Origin: Candidatus Heimdallarchaeota archaeon
GTDB taxonomy: Archaea > Asgardarchaeota > Wukongarchaeia > Wukongarchaeales > JBHIFL01
Assembly: GCA_046761065.1 (NCBI GenBank)
Contig: JBHIFL010000032.1
Coordinates: 1-46,261, forward strand
Reading direction: 5' to 3'
DNA length: 46,261 nucleotides
The position numbers and the translations under genes were made by a program. How positions within the stretch are numbered: position 1 is the stretch's first letter; each line of letters starts with the position of its first letter. The notes below the pieces were generated by a model that worked only from the letters and a program-made list of their open reading frames with translations, was not told the DNA's origin and did not search any database. Positions 19,155-29,370 of this stretch are shown here, piece after piece.

Positions 19155-19610
19155 TTAGCGTAATAATGAAATGGCTCTAGCTCGGGAATAACGCCATTCT
19201 GGAGGAATAACCCCTTTTTGACGATAATATTTACTTAAGCGATGAATTTTCGCTTCTATTAACTGGAGCCCCCGAAGGGAATGGAGATCTTTGGGATGCG
19301 CTTCAATATGCTTTGCTAGCTTAATAGCAGAGCGGACAAGGTTTTGGAGATCCTCAGGAATTCGGGGGGCCAATCCATGGTCTCTCAGAATGTCTGTTAT
19401 TGCTTTATCAAGGATCACTTTCACGGAAGGAATACCATAGGTATCACGGAGTATAGTTCCAATCATTGCTGCTTGAATTCCTTCCTTCGAAAGTTTAACA
19501 ATGATTTCTTCGATCTCTTCTGGTGAATATTTTATCCATCCATACGGTTTCATCTTTGCCGGTGGGATTTCGTTGCCTGAACCTTTCTCACTCAAGTTGA
19601 CTTCCACCAT
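19155..19610 (-). CDS. rps15: 30S ribosomal protein S15 (uS15/S13e)
   Basis: IGTILRD.YGIP.VK, PEDL.NL, HPKDLHS.RGLQLIE.KI.RL.KYY. Confidence 0.97.
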   Translation of the reverse strand: MVEVNLSEKGSGNEIPPAKMKPYGWIKYSPEEIEEIIVKLSKEGIQAAMIGTILRDTYGIPSVKVILDKAITDILRDHGLAPRIPEDLQNLVRSAIKLAKHIEAHPKDLHSLRGLQLIEAKIHRLSKYYRQKGVIPPEWRYSRARAISLLR

Positions 19611-19927
19611 TCGTCTTTCTGTTTAAAGGTAGCTTTACGATTTTATCGTCATCTCTTGTGTAATTATACCACAGTTCTTTGATTTGTTTGCATTAAAAAT
19701 CTTAAGATAGAGCGCAAGTACTACTCTTGTGTAATTCCGGTGGCTTTTTTTATTCCTTATTTTTATAGACGCTATGATAGGCATTTTTCCTGTAAATTAT
19801 TTGAATAATACGGATCTTTTATCTATGAGACTCCTTTGTAAGGATTATGACCGTATTTGAGTTCAACATGGAATTGGATAATCATACCTAATCTCTATCT
19901 TAAGCAAAGACATGGTGGGGTTCACCT

Positions 19928-20491
19928 GTGAAATCTCCTCTATACTTCGTAACAAGCAATGAACACAAATTTCGAGAAGCACAAACCTTTCTTCAAACCC
20001 TAAAAATTGATATCAAACACATTTGTACCCATTATACAGAAATTCAACATCAAAACCTTACCAAGATCGCAAAATATGGTGCGATCGAGGTTTCAAAGAA
20101 ATACAAAGGCAAAATTTTTGTCGAAGACGCCGGACTTTTCGTCACTCACTTGAATGGGTTTCCAGGTCCCTATTCCAACTATGCTTACTTAACCATTCGA
20201 CCTGTAGGACTTCTCAAACTCTTGGATGGAGTAAAAGATAGATCGGCTTACTTCCAATCAGTTATTGCACTTGCCCGAGAGGGGGTGCTCGAAGCCGTGT
20301 TTGACGGTAAAATTATGGGATCCATTTCCGAAACCCTACGAGGACATCTTGGTTTTGCTTTTGATGTGTGCTTTATTCCAGAAGGTTTCAATAAGACATT
20401 TGCAGAGATATCACTCCACGAAAAAAACAAGATCTCTCACCGGCGAAGATCTTTGGAAAAACTTGCTCACTATCTGAATCGTTTTCACTAA
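19928..20491 (+). CDS. rdgB: Non-canonical purine NTP pyrophosphatase (RdgB/HAM1)
   Basis: FVTSN.HKF.E, VEDAGL, GFPGPYS, GFAFD..F.P, KNKISHR. Confidence 0.95.
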   Translation: MKSPLYFVTSNEHKFREAQTFLQTLKIDIKHICTHYTEIQHQNLTKIAKYGAIEVSKKYKGKIFVEDAGLFVTHLNGFPGPYSNYAYLTIRPVGLLKLLDGVKDRSAYFQSVIALAREGVLEAVFDGKIMGSISETLRGHLGFAFDVCFIPEGFNKTFAEISLHEKNKISHRRRSLEKLAHYLNRFH

Positions 20492-20594
20492 CAACCTCGT
20501 TATCTAGTCAAAATATTTTACATCCAGATAAAAACCTACTACGATTACGACTATTTCTCTTTCCTTTATATTTTTAGAATTAACTCTATGCTTA

Positions 20595-21260
20595 TCACGA
20601 TGGGTTTGTTGCTGTACGTTTTACATATCTGCCTCTTTTCTCAATTTCACCTATCTTTGAAATTACTTCTTGTCCCATAGGAATGGTTTCTCTATAGCTA
20701 GTTGTTAATGCCTTAAAACATGTTTCAAAGACGAGGGGATGCGAAGAGGATAGCGTTCTTTTCGCAAGGAGGAGATCCACTCCTCGACTCTCTACCTCGG
20801 AACTGAAGCTTGCAAGCCCAAAATCGATGAAACAAAGCTGATTATTATGCATATAAATCATATTTGAAGTTGTTAGATCACCATGAATGATCCCCTGGTT
20901 GTGCAGACGTCCTACAGCTGCTCCAACCTCAAAAAAGAGACGCCTTAGTGTCTCATGGGGCATATCAGAAACCACATCACGAAGAAGCGCTCCCTCTACA
21001 TATTCCATGATCAGAGTTGTCCGGGGAAAATCGATTTCAAATAGTAGTGGGGTCCTAACTCCAGCTTTCTTTGCTCCGGAAATAATATGGGCTTCTCTTG
21101 CAGTTCGGGACACTCGCAACTTGTAATCCAAGTTAGGGTGACGATATTCGCGGGGATGGCGGACCTTGATTATTGCTTGCCGCCCAAACCACTCTCCACG
21201 ATAAAGACTTGCTTCTGCCCCTTTGCGAAACAACTTGGCATTTTTCATGATCCACTCCAA
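20595..21260 (-). CDS. bud32: KEOPS kinase/ATPase Bud32
   Basis: GAEA, YRHP.LD, HGDLTTSN, IDFGL, IEKRGRY. Confidence 0.96.
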   Translation of the reverse strand: MEWIMKNAKLFRKGAEASLYRGEWFGRQAIIKVRHPREYRHPNLDYKLRVSRTAREAHIISGAKKAGVRTPLLFEIDFPRTTLIMEYVEGALLRDVVSDMPHETLRRLFFEVGAAVGRLHNQGIIHGDLTTSNMIYMHNNQLCFIDFGLASFSSEVESRGVDLLLAKRTLSSSHPLVFETCFKALTTSYRETIPMGQEVISKIGEIEKRGRYVKRTATNPS

Positions 21261-21309
21261 CGCTCACATCTCACATTATAGTTGTTCGTAGTCACTCTCT
21301 GATTTGCTT

Positions 21310-22302
21310 TCAGAGTGTGACTTCATCTACCCGCCATTTTGGAAGGACTTGGCTTTCGGGCACCGGGAGAAAATGCTTTTTCTCGAATTCTCGGATCCCG
21401 GTCCACGCAATCATTGCTCCATTATCTCCTGCCAATTCTGGGGGAACTACTCGAAACTTGGCATTGTGGTTAGCTGTAATATCTTCCAACATTTCTTGGA
21501 GTCTTCTATTCGGGGCACAACCTCCTGTTAGAAGAACTTCTTGCTTCCTCGTGTGCGCTAAAGCCCGTTCGGTGACCTCTGCCAGCATCGCAAATGCCGT
21601 TTCTTGTAAACTATAACATAGGTCCTCCGGCTTTTCTTTTTCAATCAACCGGATGCTTGCCGTAAGTAAGCCGGAATAGGAGATATCCGTTCCTTTAACA
21701 ACGTAGGGCAACTCTACATAATTGGAACTTTTTCGGGCCATTTTTTCAATTTTTGGACCTCCAGGATGTGCGAACCCCACTTCTCGGCCAAAGACGTCTA
21801 GGAGATTTCCTAAAGCAATATCCAATGTTTCTCCAAATACCCGGTATTTTCTAGCTGCGACAGCTAGAATCATGGTGTTTCCGCCACTTACGTAAATAGT
21901 CAAGGGGTCCTCTAGGTGATGTACAAGCTTACCGATCTCAACATGTGCAATTGCGTGGTTTACACCTAATAAAGGGATATTAAGATATGTAGCTAACGCT
22001 CTTGCAATGGTAGCTGTCGTTCTAAGACAAGGTCCAAGCCCGGGACCCCGCGAAAAAGCAATGGCTTTTAACTCTCCAGGGGTTATCTGAGCGTTCTGAA
22101 GAGAATCATTTATCACAGAACTTGCAACTTGACTGATGTGTTGAGCCGCTTCACGTGGATGGATCCCACCCCCCTTCTCTGGCAAATACTCCATCTTATT
22201 ATTGCTTAATATTTTCCCATCTTGCGTAGCAATCCCTACTCCAAATGTATGAGCTGTTCCTTCGATACCAAGAATTGGAGTTCTCTCTCCAGAGCCTAAC
22301 AA
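21310..22302 (-). CDS. kae1: tRNA N6-adenosine threonylcarbamoyltransferase Kae1
   Basis: GIEGTAH, GIHPREAA.H, GPGLGPCL, NHAIAHVE, VSGGNT, GETLD, DNGAMIA. Confidence 0.97.
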   Translation of the reverse strand: MLGSGERTPILGIEGTAHTFGVGIATQDGKILSNNKMEYLPEKGGGIHPREAAQHISQVASSVINDSLQNAQITPGELKAIAFSRGPGLGPCLRTTATIARALATYLNIPLLGVNHAIAHVEIGKLVHHLEDPLTIYVSGGNTMILAVAARKYRVFGETLDIALGNLLDVFGREVGFAHPGGPKIEKMARKSSNYVELPYVVKGTDISYSGLLTASIRLIEKEKPEDLCYSLQETAFAMLAEVTERALAHTRKQEVLLTGGCAPNRRLQEMLEDITANHNAKFRVVPPELAGDNGAMIAWTGIREFEKKHFLPVPESQVLPKWRVDEVTL

Positions 22303-22324
22303 TCCCTCAGCCCCCTCCTATTCT

Positions 22325-22474
22325 TTATTTTTCTTTTTTAAAAATGGCATACCCACATTTCCCACAAGAAAGCCGATTTGCATGCTCTGCCATGAAGGAA
22401 CCTTTACACCGTGGGCATTCTTGCCGGAGACGCTCTAGTTTATCTCCATCAACTTTATAGTATTTCCATACCAT
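22325..22474 (-). CDS. rps27ae: 30S ribosomal protein S27ae (eS31); absent from the ORF track
   Basis: Manual translation [49 protein letters not shown]; GAGGT SD; lies between rps24e and kae1. Confidence 0.97.
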   Translation of the reverse strand: MVWKYYKVDGDKLERLRQECPRCKGSFMAEHANRLSCGKCGYAIFKKEK

Positions 22475-22541
22475 AAGAATGTTACCTCTTTTATGTCTCT
22501 TTTGTAAATATTCCCTAAAGGATGATAATAATGTTGTTTTT

Positions 22542-22844
22542 TTATTCTGTGGGTTCTTCGGGTTTGATTAGATTGTTTCTTTTCAGGATATGAACTGGTT
22601 CGGTCTTAAGTACTAGATCTGAAGTTTCATAAATATGAACTAATGCATCTGAACGTGGTATTCCAAAGGTACTCTTGATTTCCCGAATAACAATGGTATC
22701 AAGATTCGCATTTTTAAGAGCAGAAATTTTTTTACGAAATGCTTCTCTTGTTGGGGTGGCTTCCTTCCAATGGGAAATCTGCACTGTTAACTCTTTTCTT
22801 TTGAATAGTGGATTTTCTCTTTCTTCTAGGATTTCAATTTCCAT
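22542..22844 (-). CDS. rps24e: 30S ribosomal protein S24e
   Basis: [12 protein letters not shown]...ATPTR, TFG, EP.HILKRN. Confidence 0.96.
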   Translation of the reverse strand: MEIEILEERENPLFKRKELTVQISHWKEATPTREAFRKKISALKNANLDTIVIREIKSTFGIPRSDALVHIYETSDLVLKTEPVHILKRNNLIKPEEPTE

Positions 22845-22937
22845 ATCCGTGTCACCTTGATTGTTATTCTATCTCTAAGTTGTCCTTTCTTTCCTCGGAG
22901 TCTACTGTACTCCAGGACGGACTCTTAAAGAAAAACC

Positions 22938-23513
22938 TTATGGTGCTGGCTTCTCCATGAGTTCTATAAATCCTTTGGCACGCCTTTTTATTTCGTCCGA
23001 GACCTTGATGCAAACAAGTCCTCTCTTGGTTCGACCCTCTACATCGGGTTGCCCATAGATTACAAATGCCTTTATTGGCGCCTCAAGCACAGCTGGAATG
23101 GTCAAGAGATCTTCTTCACCCGTGATTCGGAGATGAATTGGGGTATTATTTTCGATTAATCTGGCGATGGCTTTTTGAATGGCCTTCCAAGCTTCTTGGG
23201 TAATCATTCCTGGAGGGTTCGTTGCGCGGAGTTCCACAGCACCAAAAACTATAATTGGAGCCCGAGAGCGTCTTGTAGTTCTTTCATCTGTGATAGCTAT
23301 ATTTGGGATGATTCCTGACGCAATCAATTTCTCTGTACAAACATCCCCAATAGTGATCACAAGTGGTGGGACGCAGGTTGTTATCCACTCTTTTACAACC
23401 TTCTCTGGATAACCTGGTGTTTTCTCTTCAATGAACATGCCTAAGTGGGCTTTGAATAAGGCACGCTTCTCTTCCGGTAGTTTTAAATCTCCCGGATCCA
23501 TTAGGCCTATCAC
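22938..23513 (-). CDS. GTP-dependent dephospho-CoA kinase (DUF359)
   Basis: TIGDV, D.RT.R, NPPG.IT, GEEDLL, IYGQP; conserved position after spt4. Confidence 0.9.
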   Translation of the reverse strand: MIGLMDPGDLKLPEEKRALFKAHLGMFIEEKTPGYPEKVVKEWITTCVPPLVITIGDVCTEKLIASGIIPNIAITDERTTRRSRAPIIVFGAVELRATNPPGMITQEAWKAIQKAIARLIENNTPIHLRITGEEDLLTIPAVLEAPIKAFVIYGQPDVEGRTKRGLVCIKVSDEIKRRAKGFIELMEKPAP

Positions 23514-23591
23514 ACCACCATAATAAGGCGTGAGGGAATTAGTATATAACCAACTCCTCTGATCTCCCTTTATCAGTTCCTGTTTGCCGTG

Positions 23592-23777
23592 TTAACGCAC
23601 CCGTAGCGCATATCTCCCGGGGATCCGAATATTGAGTTTTTTCGCAATTTGAGAATTTTCAGGATCTAAAATGATCACCATACCATCAAAACTCGTTGAA
23701 AGATTATGCGTTTTACACTGATCACACATCGCACCCGTTTCTACAATCCGATGACAATCTCGACATGCTTTTGTCAT
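23592..23777 (-). CDS. spt4: Transcription elongation factor Spt4 (RpoE'')
   Basis: ACRDC..CDQC, G.VIILDPENS.IAKKL, PGRYAL.VR; ATG 23777 after GGAGGT. Confidence 0.96.
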   Translation of the reverse strand: MTKACRDCHRIVETGAMCDQCKTHNLSTSFDGMVIILDPENSQIAKKLNIRIPGRYALRVR

Positions 23778-23972
23778 GTTTTTACCTCCGTTAGGGAATT
23801 TAACTAACATATCCCTCCCAACTAACCTTGTTCAGGGGGTTTGTATCATCCCCCAATTTCTTAAGAGACTTAAATTTAATCAGTCTTTATTCAGCATAAG
23901 AGTTTCGAAGAATGCAATTATAAACCCATAACTTACATTCTGGCAGAGATATAAGAGGACATGAGGCCCTCC

Positions 23973-24527
23973 TCAGATGTCTTTGTATTGAATAATTAAA
24001 GCTGTCCGTTGTAAGGTGTTAAGCAATTCATTAATTGTATCATGGGTCAGTTCCCCCGATCTATAAAGGCTTCTTAACTTGCTTTTGAAGATTTCATTAT
24101 CACTAGATTGTTGCCTAAACATTATGGCTCGACGATAGGCTTCGTTTGAACGTTCGACCCAACGACTGACTTCATTAAATTCTGCATCGAGAAATAAACA
24201 GATCGGTATTCGGTGTACTCCTGCAGTTAAATAGAATTTATCTACGATGTCTAGATATTCATCTCGTGGAAGGATTCGAAGATTTAATTTTTCGTTTGTT
24301 TCTGAAATTCTTACTAAGATAGGTAAATTTCCTGCTGTATCATTGCATGTATTTTCTCCAAAGACAAGAATATTAATCACAACGTTTATTTCTTGAAGCT
24401 TGGAGATTTCCTCGGGCAACAACACTGTCATTTCGTAGCTTAATTGAAACAGTTCGCGATTTTCTTCTTTCCTTTGAATGAACTCCTGAAAATTCATCCC
24501 TTTTTGGAAAAGATCTTTCAAATTCAC
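23973..24527 (-). CDS. Thioredoxin-like protein (Thioredoxin_9-type, single-Cys site)
   Basis: ILVFGENTCND...NLP, RD, LTAG...IPICLFLD, WVER; start may be GTG 24527 (track: 24599). Confidence 0.8.
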   Translation of the reverse strand: MNLKDLFQKGMNFQEFIQRKEENRELFQLSYEMTVLLPEEISKLQEINVVINILVFGENTCNDTAGNLPILVRISETNEKLNLRILPRDEYLDIVDKFYLTAGVHRIPICLFLDAEFNEVSRWVERSNEAYRRAIMFRQQSSDNEIFKSKLRSLYRSGELTHDTINELLNTLQRTALIIQYKDI

Positions 24528-24588
24528 TTTTACTACTTCCTCGCGTAGATTTCTGCACGCCTTATTATGCTTTAGGTGAAAAATCACT

Positions 24589-25386
24589 TCAAAATACATT
24601 TGAATGGTTAGCGTTCTCTTTTTTGGATGGGGATTCTCTCTTTGAATTCTCCGATCCTTTTAATCTTTGGATCTCGTGAAGGATTTGATTGAGCTGTTCT
24701 TCTACTCTTGTAAGTTTTGTTTCTAAAGTCATTAAGACTCTTTCTATCCTGAGGCGGCTAAGTGCAAATCTTGCATGCCGTTGCAGTCCTTGAAATTTAT
24801 GGGATTCACGTGGCAAAAGACCAATTGCTCGGAGCGTTCCTAACCGCCCTCCTAACTCGTTTTCTTTCATATCTAGGTGACGCGCCACTGTTTCAAAGTC
24901 TTTTGCTCCTGCCAAGGCTTCTAGGATCCTCACATCATCTTCCGATACTTCAGCAATGTCAGGAATTTGTCGAAATCCGAATTCCGCGAGAATCTCGCGC
25001 ATCGCACCTCTCACAATCAGTTCGAGTTCTTCAGGGCCCAAAAGGAGAAAATAATCACTCAGTTTGACGATACGAATCTTAAGCTGGTCTGCCAATTCTT
25101 TTGCTGCCTTATCTGAGAAATCTTTGCAGATTACTAAAGGCTTGTATGGTTTTCCAAGCAGCTCCGCATTTAGATAAGCCTGCCGCAATCCCCCGACACT
25201 TACTAAACCTTTGACTTCAACGGCATATAACTCACCCTCTGGGCTCTCCATGATGAAATCAATTTCCGAGACTTTTTGATCACTTAAAATTAAATCTTTT
25301 GAGGTCTCAATCGTTTTAAATCCCAGAATACCTTCTAAGATGTAACATGCGATCCTTTCACGACTTGCTGCCTTCCTTGCACCCAA
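24589..25386 (-). CDS. PD-(D/E)xK restriction-endonuclease-like protein with C-terminal HTH-like and coiled-coil regions
   Basis: EIDFI...GELYAVEVKG, LRQAY.NA; helical C-terminus. Confidence 0.75.
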   Translation of the reverse strand: MGARKAASRERIACYILEGILGFKTIETSKDLILSDQKVSEIDFIMESPEGELYAVEVKGLVSVGGLRQAYLNAELLGKPYKPLVICKDFSDKAAKELADQLKIRIVKLSDYFLLLGPEELELIVRGAMREILAEFGFRQIPDIAEVSEDDVRILEALAGAKDFETVARHLDMKENELGGRLGTLRAIGLLPRESHKFQGLQRHARFALSRLRIERVLMTLETKLTRVEEQLNQILHEIQRLKGSENSKRESPSKKENANHSNVF

Positions 25387-25669
25387 CTTAAGATTCCTCC
25401 AACGTTAAATAGAATATTTATTGCTTTTAAAAAGCATTTTTCTTAATTTCACGTTTTCAATTTCCATATTTAGGCGCTGAATTAGAGTTTGAATCTGAAA
25501 AAGCCTTAATATTTTTTCAAAAACCACACCAACTCTATTGATGTCATAATCTATGGCACATAATATTATGGGAATAAAACCATAATGAATTCAGGCTAAA
25601 GAACTTGAACTCAGCAGTGTGGATGCGTATCCCTTGGAGAGGTTTAAATACAACAAGTAATTCCATTAC

Positions 25670-26266
25670 TTAGAATTTTTCCATGATCATGAACCAGCTC
25701 AAGAGGATGACCCAACCACTGTCTGCCAATGCAGCGAGGTACTCCGGGATCGCGATTCCATCCCATGGTAGAATCCAAGCGACTATGGTCACCAAGGATA
25801 ACAACAAGGCCGCTACCCCCATCTGTTTCCGAGCGGGTTCTTGGAGGAAACGACCCGCAAAGAACCACATCCCCACCGGCGCAAGCACAAAGAACATGAC
25901 CGAGACTAAGAAATGGACCCATCCAAAGTTCTCTGGAAACACGCCAATACCTACCAGAGACAGTCCTGTCAACCCCATCACGATAGTTCCTCCACGTTCT
26001 AGCCAGTGATCAGCTATTTTACTCCAAAGTCCTATTGTAAAGAGAATTGTTAGACTCCCTGCTATAACGAGTCCCGAATTCAACACAAAGGCAGCAGCTT
26101 GCCCAGAACTGTATACTCCCATGTCACTGATGGCATTGGTTTTCCAATTAAACCATGGGGACAGCCAAGCTGCTATCAGAACGGATATTAGTCCCCAAAG
26201 TGGGGCTATCACACCTAACCAAGCACTTTGCTTTGAACGCAGCCACTCAATAATCAAAGGACACAT
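25670..26266 (-). CDS. DUF998 family membrane protein
   Basis: PWFNW.TNAISDMG, NSGL, GIGVFPE, H..VS..FF, AIPE; about 6 TM segments. Confidence 0.88.
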   Translation of the reverse strand: MCPLIIEWLRSKQSAWLGVIAPLWGLISVLIAAWLSPWFNWKTNAISDMGVYSSGQAAAFVLNSGLVIAGSLTILFTIGLWSKIADHWLERGGTIVMGLTGLSLVGIGVFPENFGWVHFLVSVMFFVLAPVGMWFFAGRFLQEPARKQMGVAALLLSLVTIVAWILPWDGIAIPEYLAALADSGWVILLSWFMIMEKF

Positions 26267-26403
26267 AAACAACCCTCCTAGCATAACTTTACTGCCCTTT
26301 TATTAGTTTTTCCTCATGACAGGAGATCAAAGAAAATTGTTTATTCAGTAGGTAAGTTACTTTTTACTTCCAAAAAATCAGAATATACAAATTGAAATAG
26401 AAT

Positions 26404-26435
26404 AAAAAAAGAGTTAACATCTTTTGCAAGATGCT
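26404..26435 (-). terminator. Hairpin plus oligo-T after the clostripain gene
   Basis: CATCTT-N4-AAGATG stem followed on the minus strand by T7. Confidence 0.45.
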
Positions 26436-26446
26436 ACCAAACGTGT

Positions 26447-27670
26447 TCACTTTCCCCAGTATGCCTGAAGGAAGTCCCACCAGCCTTCATGTGGAAATTG
26501 CATTGCTAGATATTTGTCACCATGCCAATAAACGTTGTTCTGGAAGGAATCATAAGAGTTTGGGAAGAAAATGCCTAGGCCTTCGGCTCCAGCTGAAGTC
26601 ATGGGTTCGCTAGCATTATTATAGATTGCTGTCATGAGAGTAGTATAAAGCAATTCTGCTTCTGCTATTTTCAAACTCTGGGTAAGGTGGTTCACAAAGC
26701 TAGGTAAGTCAATGTACGCTTCCCAGCCGTACTCAGACCACTGCAGATTGCCTTCCCCTCGGGCATTTGCTATCATATCGTGATAAAAATCTCTTTGCTT
26801 TGGGTCAAGGAGATGACCTTTTAGAACATCCGTCAGGTCCCCAAGTTGCTGAACAATAGTAGCAACGTACTGCATGTCTATAGAAGCTAACTGGGCATGT
26901 CGTGACGCGGGGCGCAAGGTTTCGTAGAAGGCGATGTAGTCGTCAACGATTACTTTCGCGAAGGACTTCGCGGTCATCGCAGGATCGAGATGTTCTAAAA
27001 TCTTGGCATACGGATATCCCGCTAGTGGGACATAGCCTTCCGTGGCAATAACGTAGTCAATTTGAAGACCTGTCCAAGCGTATTCATAAACGACTTCAAT
27101 CATTCCTTCAACACACGCATCGAAGGCTAGGATGTCTAACTGCTTGACTCTAGAGAGGGCCTGGGTAATCTCTTGATGTGATAAGTAATCGTAAGGATGG
27201 TCGTCCCAGCAACAACCCCTGAAATCGTCGCCATGATCCCATAGCACAAGAACATAATGACTTGCTCGAAAGTGTCTCATTGCATATTTGACAAAGGCTT
27301 GGAGCGTATCAGGATCTCCCATATTTGCTTCCTCGCCGTTTAGTAGGAATCCATTGACGAGCTCCGGCTCGTCCGTTGTAACTTTGTAGAGATTTGTCAC
27401 ATCATCATATTTGTCCCAAAGGACTACGACATTCACATCTTGTGGGGACTCTCGAGCTATGAGCCCCTCTCTCATTGCTTCCATATTTTCGTATCCAAAG
27501 TAATCTAGGTTGTTATCAGCGGCCATGTAGACCATAAATGTCCATTGTGGGATTGGTTTGGCCCAGGCTGGTGATATAGCCAATGTCGCTGGTATTATGA
27601 AGACCATTATTACCACTAGTGCGATTCTGGTTCGGGAATTCCATCTAACTCCTCCATATCGTCTGATCAT
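26447..27670 (-). CDS. Secreted clostripain-family (peptidase C11) cysteine protease
   Basis: Signal peptide, WTFMVYMAADNNL, EANMGD..TL, LVLWDHG (His), FDAC (Cys), GLGIFFP. Confidence 0.92.
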   Translation of the reverse strand: MIRRYGGVRWNSRTRIALVVIMVFIIPATLAISPAWAKPIPQWTFMVYMAADNNLDYFGYENMEAMREGLIARESPQDVNVVVLWDKYDDVTNLYKVTTDEPELVNGFLLNGEEANMGDPDTLQAFVKYAMRHFRASHYVLVLWDHGDDFRGCCWDDHPYDYLSHQEITQALSRVKQLDILAFDACVEGMIEVVYEYAWTGLQIDYVIATEGYVPLAGYPYAKILEHLDPAMTAKSFAKVIVDDYIAFYETLRPASRHAQLASIDMQYVATIVQQLGDLTDVLKGHLLDPKQRDFYHDMIANARGEGNLQWSEYGWEAYIDLPSFVNHLTQSLKIAEAELLYTTLMTAIYNNASEPMTSAGAEGLGIFFPNSYDSFQNNVYWHGDKYLAMQFPHEGWWDFLQAYWGK

Positions 27671-28433
27671 CTTTCATTTCGACCTTCTTTTTCGAATCTT
27701 CCATATAGGTGGTTCTATCCATCCTTTTATATCTCTACAAGATCGATTAATAATTACTATGGTATATAATCTTTATGCCCACATCTCTTAATGCCTCTTA
27801 ACTGTAATGTGATATATTTTATCAGCCAATTTGATCGATAAAGCCACTCTAAGTTCTCTGGAAGTATTAGGGAATGAAATGAAGAATTTGTGCTTTCAAA
27901 AAATAGGGGATAATACTCATTTATACTCATATTAAAGACAAAAATATTGTTACACTCTAATCTAAGTTGGCTTCACGGTTAAATCCCTTTACAATGCAAT
28001 AAGAATTTAGTAAAGTGAGCAAGGAAACTTTGGGCATTGGCATGCTTCACTTTGATCTCACAGAACAAAGACATTTATACAGCAGCCCTAAAAGTTCCTG
28101 GAGTGTCGTAAGACCTTCTAGAATATGCATCAGGATTCCATGCTACTAAACAATGATATCAATGTGAGCCTTGTTGATGGAAGCTAGCTATAAGGAAATC
28201 CCCTTCTCGGCACATGCCCCTCAGTAAAACCAATATAACAATTTAACCATAGTCTGAAAAACTACCTACAGGTTTATATATTAGCATGATAAAATAACTT
28301 GATACAGACTAAAAGACACATGATTGCTCCTATTTTCCTCCCGAAACTGGTTTACAGTGGGTGGGCGTTGATAAGGATTTTATCTAACGTCTTGGAATCT
28401 GTCAACCATAAAAAAGCAAGAAGGTAAGTATAA

Positions 28434-28904
28434 ATGGACTTTTCTGAAGAAATAGAAGTAAAAATCGGCGACCTATCAACCAATTCAAAGCGCGTGAACG
28501 TAAGCTTCAAAGTCATAAACCAGGGTGAACCCCGCGAAGTCACCTCCCGAGATGGAAGCAACCACCGTGTCGCAGACACTTTAGCAGCAGACGAAACAGG
28601 ATCAATCCTCATTTCTTTGTGGAATGATTCCATTGATCAAGTAGAAGTAGGTGGCACATATAAGCTCTCTAATGGGTATGTCACCGTCTTTAGGGACAGT
28701 ATGCGCCTGAGTATTGGGAAATACGGGCATTTAGAGGCTTCTGACACACCAATTGAGGAGGTTAACGAAGAAAACGCTCTTTCCGATAAATTTGTTGAGC
28801 GTCCGTATCGTTATAGAGGCTCGTGTTACGGCGGTTCTTATAGTGGTGGTAGTGACTATCGCGGCAGAGGCCGCCGGGATCAAAGACGAACCAGAAGGTA
28901 TTAA
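28434..28904 (+). CDS. ssb: Single OB-fold ssDNA-binding protein (crenarchaeal-type SSB) with G/R/Y-rich tail
   Basis: KIGDL, VNV..KV, DETGSI..SLWND, NGYV..FR..MRL.IGKYG. Confidence 0.92.
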   Translation: MDFSEEIEVKIGDLSTNSKRVNVSFKVINQGEPREVTSRDGSNHRVADTLAADETGSILISLWNDSIDQVEVGGTYKLSNGYVTVFRDSMRLSIGKYGHLEASDTPIEEVNEENALSDKFVERPYRYRGSCYGGSYSGGSDYRGRGRRDQRRTRRY

Positions 28905-28950
28905 CCCACTCAGACTGACGACTAGATAATCATATATCGGTATTTGGTTC

Positions 28951-28988
28951 ACAGAGATGGTTCCGCCACTCTGTACTTTTATTTTTTG
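28951..28988 (+). terminator. Putative terminator downstream of ssb
   Basis: ACAGAG(A)TGG / CCACTCTGT stem followed by TTTTATTTTTT. Confidence 0.5.
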
Positions 28989-29370
28989 GGAAATATCCAC
29001 TTTATCACAACATAACGTGGTAAACAAACATACGATAGAATTGACAAGGGAGTTTGCTTCAGTTTTTTTTGATATTTGAGCCCTTTAGTATTCCTTAATC
29101 GTGATATGACATTTTCGATAGCCAATTTGACCTGGAAAGCCGCCCTATGTGCGAAAAAACTTTTAAAAATGAAACGAAGGAATCTTATGTTCCTAAAAAA
29201 TAGGGATATTTTAATCTCTCATGGGCATCATTAGATAATTTTACAGGCTCCTATTGAGTCGGTACTTACAGTTATAGATCCTTAAAACGTAACAAGAATA
29301 TTGATAAATCTTGAATAGGACATTCTCCATGCTGATTTGTTCCACTTTGATCTTATGAACGAAGATTTGT

